Origin: Octopus bimaculoides
Taxonomy: Eukaryota
DNA: 55,330 bases
Assembly (NCBI RefSeq): GCF_001194135.2
Contig: NC_068985.1
Span: forward strand, 88,334,163-88,389,492
Direction: 5' to 3'
Every line of letters begins with the position of its first letter. Within the stretch, counting starts at the first letter, position 1. Below are positions 51,941 to 55,330 of this stretch, in pieces. A program made the position numbers and the translations under genes. The notes under the pieces were generated by a model that was not told the DNA's origin, did not search any database, and saw nothing but the letters and a program-made list of their open reading frames with translations.

Positions 51941-54470
51941 ATGTCTCAATGGCCTGGTTAAATTATCAAGAAAGATTGTCAAGTATAATTATCAAATACG
52001 ATTACCGACAAAGTTCACTCATCATCCGTATTAACGTTAAAATATTTCACTGTCATTCCAATTCAGACTCGAGATGAGTGAAAATTCTATGTGAGTGTGG
52101 TTGTCGAGAGTCTATGAATGAGCTTACACTGCAGACGATACAAAAAAAATGCTTGTGAAATACTATTGAGAATATATGGATTCATTACAGGACTAATTGC
52201 ACAATATGTTTGGAAACAAAGCGGAAAACTATTAATATCATATGAAAGAAATATAAAGCGAACTGCACTTAATACACACTCAAAAGTACTTAGAAAGAAA
52301 TGAAGTAGACAAAGCGCAAAACACACACGCATACACATGCGTACACACACATCCATATTCCTATACATACACATATGCTCGAACATACACCTGAAAACAG
52401 TTTAGAAATAATAATGTAGACTTATATTTGAAATTAAAACAAAGATAAATGGAAAATATGAAGCAAAAGATATCGAGAGTCTAAATGTTTACATAATAAA
52501 TTATATTTATAATATTCTCATCTGGACTATAAATCAATTAGCTTGTCTAGACAGGAAAACGAATAAAATATAGAATTATTGTAGAAAATATTACATTTAC
52601 TAGGAATACAAAGAGTTATGGTCTATGAGAAATGAGAAATTTATAAGAATGTCGAAACTATACATGATATAGCGGTAAGAGATCGGATCTACAGCTACGT
52701 CAGCATATCTTTAGGCAATGCCCTTTAAGATGCAATCACTGTTGCTTTGCCTTCAACGATATATACCAATATCAGGAGCATTTAATCTTCAAGATAATAA
52801 TCTTTGGTTTTACTAAGCTTTCTGTATTTTCCGTGTTAGAAATAGCGACGAATTGCAGAATTCTTTACACGCTTGGTGGGTATGAGAGCGAATGATATGT
52901 TATAATAGCGGTTTACGCAATCTACACATTAGGATACCTCGTACTCCTGTGTTATTCCTGGTTGTTTGAAACCACAATGAAATCATAAAAATATAGGAAC
53001 GATTCATGACTCAGGCATTCACTATAGACATATGTGGAGACAATTTTTCACATTTAAATTTTGCAGATTACAGGCAGAAATGAAAAGATTTCTTTTGTGG
53101 GTTCCATTTTCGTCCTGTAAAGGCTAAATCGGATTAAACATATGCAAGGAAGAGATTTGATCATGGAAAAAGTGTGTTACATGAAAACTGAAGCATAGTT
53201 GCCTGGCTGCTTGGTAGGAAGAGTTAAAGCTAGATGATATAGAGAAAAGAGTTGGTAGATTGGGTGTGGGATTTCGTTTCTGTTTTAAGTTATTTTCGTC
53301 AATATGACTATTGTTAAATAATTGAAAAATGCGTCTCAACTATCATTGGCTGAAATTTTAAGAAAACCACTAATTTTCATGGACTCGAAAACAAGAAAGT
53401 TAATAAAGGTTAGAAAATTAATACAGATACCAAATGGGTCAATAGAATTGCTCAAGCACCTGAAATGAATCCGACAAGCCAGAGATCATTCTCCAGAATG
53501 ATGGTTGCGAGCAAAAGAGTAAAATAGTAATGGCTTGTCAATTACCGAACTGAGAACAGCATTGGACAAACAATGGAGAAAGCTGAGGCTGGCAGTCTAT
53601 CATTTTCATATAAAGAAATACGGAGCAATCAGGTGCCACATGCGGTTGTAGTTAAAGAGGAGTGTACAAAATACTGAAACAAATTATAATTCATTCTGCA
53701 TCGTTTTCTCTGTAGCTTTCGGAAGTTAATATTAACTCTTGTTTATTAGTCTCACTATATCATTTCTCTAGAGGGGAACACCTTTTTGTTATAGAGCTTA
53801 TTTTAATTTCAATGAGTTTAGGATATATATACAGAGAATTATATTTCATTATAGACATATTGATACTAATGGACATATTTTGAAAGAGAATTTCTATGAT
53901 TGGTACTATACAGCAAGAATAATATTTGAAACAAAGATGTATTTGATTCTATAGTAATTTTAAACAGAATCAATTGCTAAGAGTTAGAACACAATATTTT
54001 CTAAACCTGAGAAGTTATTCAATAGAACTGTCTTAAATTGATCGCTTGCAGGTAAACTAAGTTTTGTAAAGCTAATTCTTTTCCGAATTCGTTTAACCAC
54101 ATATTTGTACGTTAAAGAATTTTATAAATATTAACTCTTTCATAAATCACTATTTTTCAAGCTGATATGCTGCAAAATTTTAATCATGTATACGTAAGAC
54201 GGATTTTGAAGTCTGAAAAGTAATAATTACTTTAATATTAACCCCTCTATGAGTTGAGTATTTTTTATCAAAATATAAGATTCCCATCTACTTTTTATGT
54301 AAAAGGAAGGCGATAATGGACAGATCTGTGAAAATGCAAAACTACTTATACAAGGAAAGACTATTCAGTTTAGAGGTACTTTTCTATAGATAGCTATGTG
54401 ATTAATTCACAGGCTATAGATATTATTGATATAAGGTTGTATTATATAAACCCAATGTTAAAGAGTTCAG

Positions 54471-54755
54471 ATGACTGGGAATGAGTTGGAAGAAAAACCC
54501 ACTGCTGGTATTACTCTGGTTGCTAGGGCTGGATACCACCATAACCTCATGTACGGCTCCTTCAACGATGAGTGGGTAGACGAGGGAGAAGAAGATAATA
54601 CCGCTGGTTGTCGAGACGTGCTTGGTGGTAGTAGTCACGATGGTGATGGTGATGGAGATATTGATGACGCTGGTGACAATGACAACGTTGATGACGACGA
54701 CGACGAAGACTTTGACGATGAAATATTATTTACGATGCTATTTCTAGTGTCATAA
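54471..54755 (+). other. 94-codon open frame with a complex N-half and an Asp-rich (GAT/GAC repeat) C-half; unassigned
   Basis: GC-richer than its flanks. The acidic part is a trinucleotide repeat; no family recognised. Confidence 0.2.
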
Positions 54756-55213
54756 ACTTTGAAATGGAAAGAGCGTAAAATAAATATTCTCAGATAAAGA
54801 ACATTCGAGTACACCGTTGTTAATTGTCTATGTAGGTTAGCGTTCATTTTTATCACTTCTTTTATTATGTCAGAATTGTCGGCAACACATCTACTCTCTC
54901 TTCGCTCTCTTGCACAGTTACCATATCATCTCCCAATAATCTGTTCTTAGTGCTAAACATTCTATTCTCCAAGTGATAAACTATTTAGATATTTCAACTT
55001 TCTTCTGTCTTCAAATTTGCATTTCATTTAATCTTCCGCTTATTCTTATTCATTCCATAACTATATTTCTTACAATAATTGAAAATTTTACAATGACTCC
55101 CCATACTTTCCTCTTTTACTTCCATTTTATTTCTTGCCTACTGTTTTTATATTCACTTCTGGTAATATTGGCATTTTATTACTCATGCGTTCATATTCAA
55201 ACATGAGGCTGCG

Positions 55214-55214
<1 letters not shown>

Positions 55215-55250
<36 letters not shown>

Positions 55251-55272
55251 TAATAATAATAATAATAATAAC

Positions 55273-55307
<35 letters not shown>

Positions 55308-55330
55308 TAAAAATAATAATAATAATAATA
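55215..55330. repeat. (TAA)n microsatellite with CAA interruptions
   Basis: Direct repeat to the window end. Confidence 0.98.

Overview
AT-rich eukaryotic genomic DNA with 8 assembly gaps and many (TA)n, (CA)n, (GA)n and (TAA)n microsatellites. The SINE families and microsatellite load suggest an octopus/coleoid cephalopod draft assembly (inference). I found no intact protein-coding gene, rRNA, true tRNA or CRISPR array; the window reads as intronic or intergenic. It holds about 20 tRNA-derived SINE copies of three families and decayed LINE fragments (R4/Dong, CR1/L2-like, RTE-like). It also holds a Penelope-like (PLE) GIY-YIG fragment, a Tigger/pogo-like MITE and a Tc1/mariner end. The main signal is a set of non-autonomous elements carrying minimal type-I hammerhead ribozyme (HHR) motifs with PLE-style inverted ends. 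One is a near-palindromic element with an intact HHR core (25700-26816). The other is a composite of a tRNA-like Pol III head, a (TAA)n spacer and an HHR-bearing PLE-type tail, seen at two loci (about 5.0-5.6 kb and 51.6-51.9 kb); it looks like a SINE parasitising Penelope rather than a LINE. Several exon-like segments with good splice signals exist on both strands, but none could be assigned to a known gene. All alignments and folds were done by eye.
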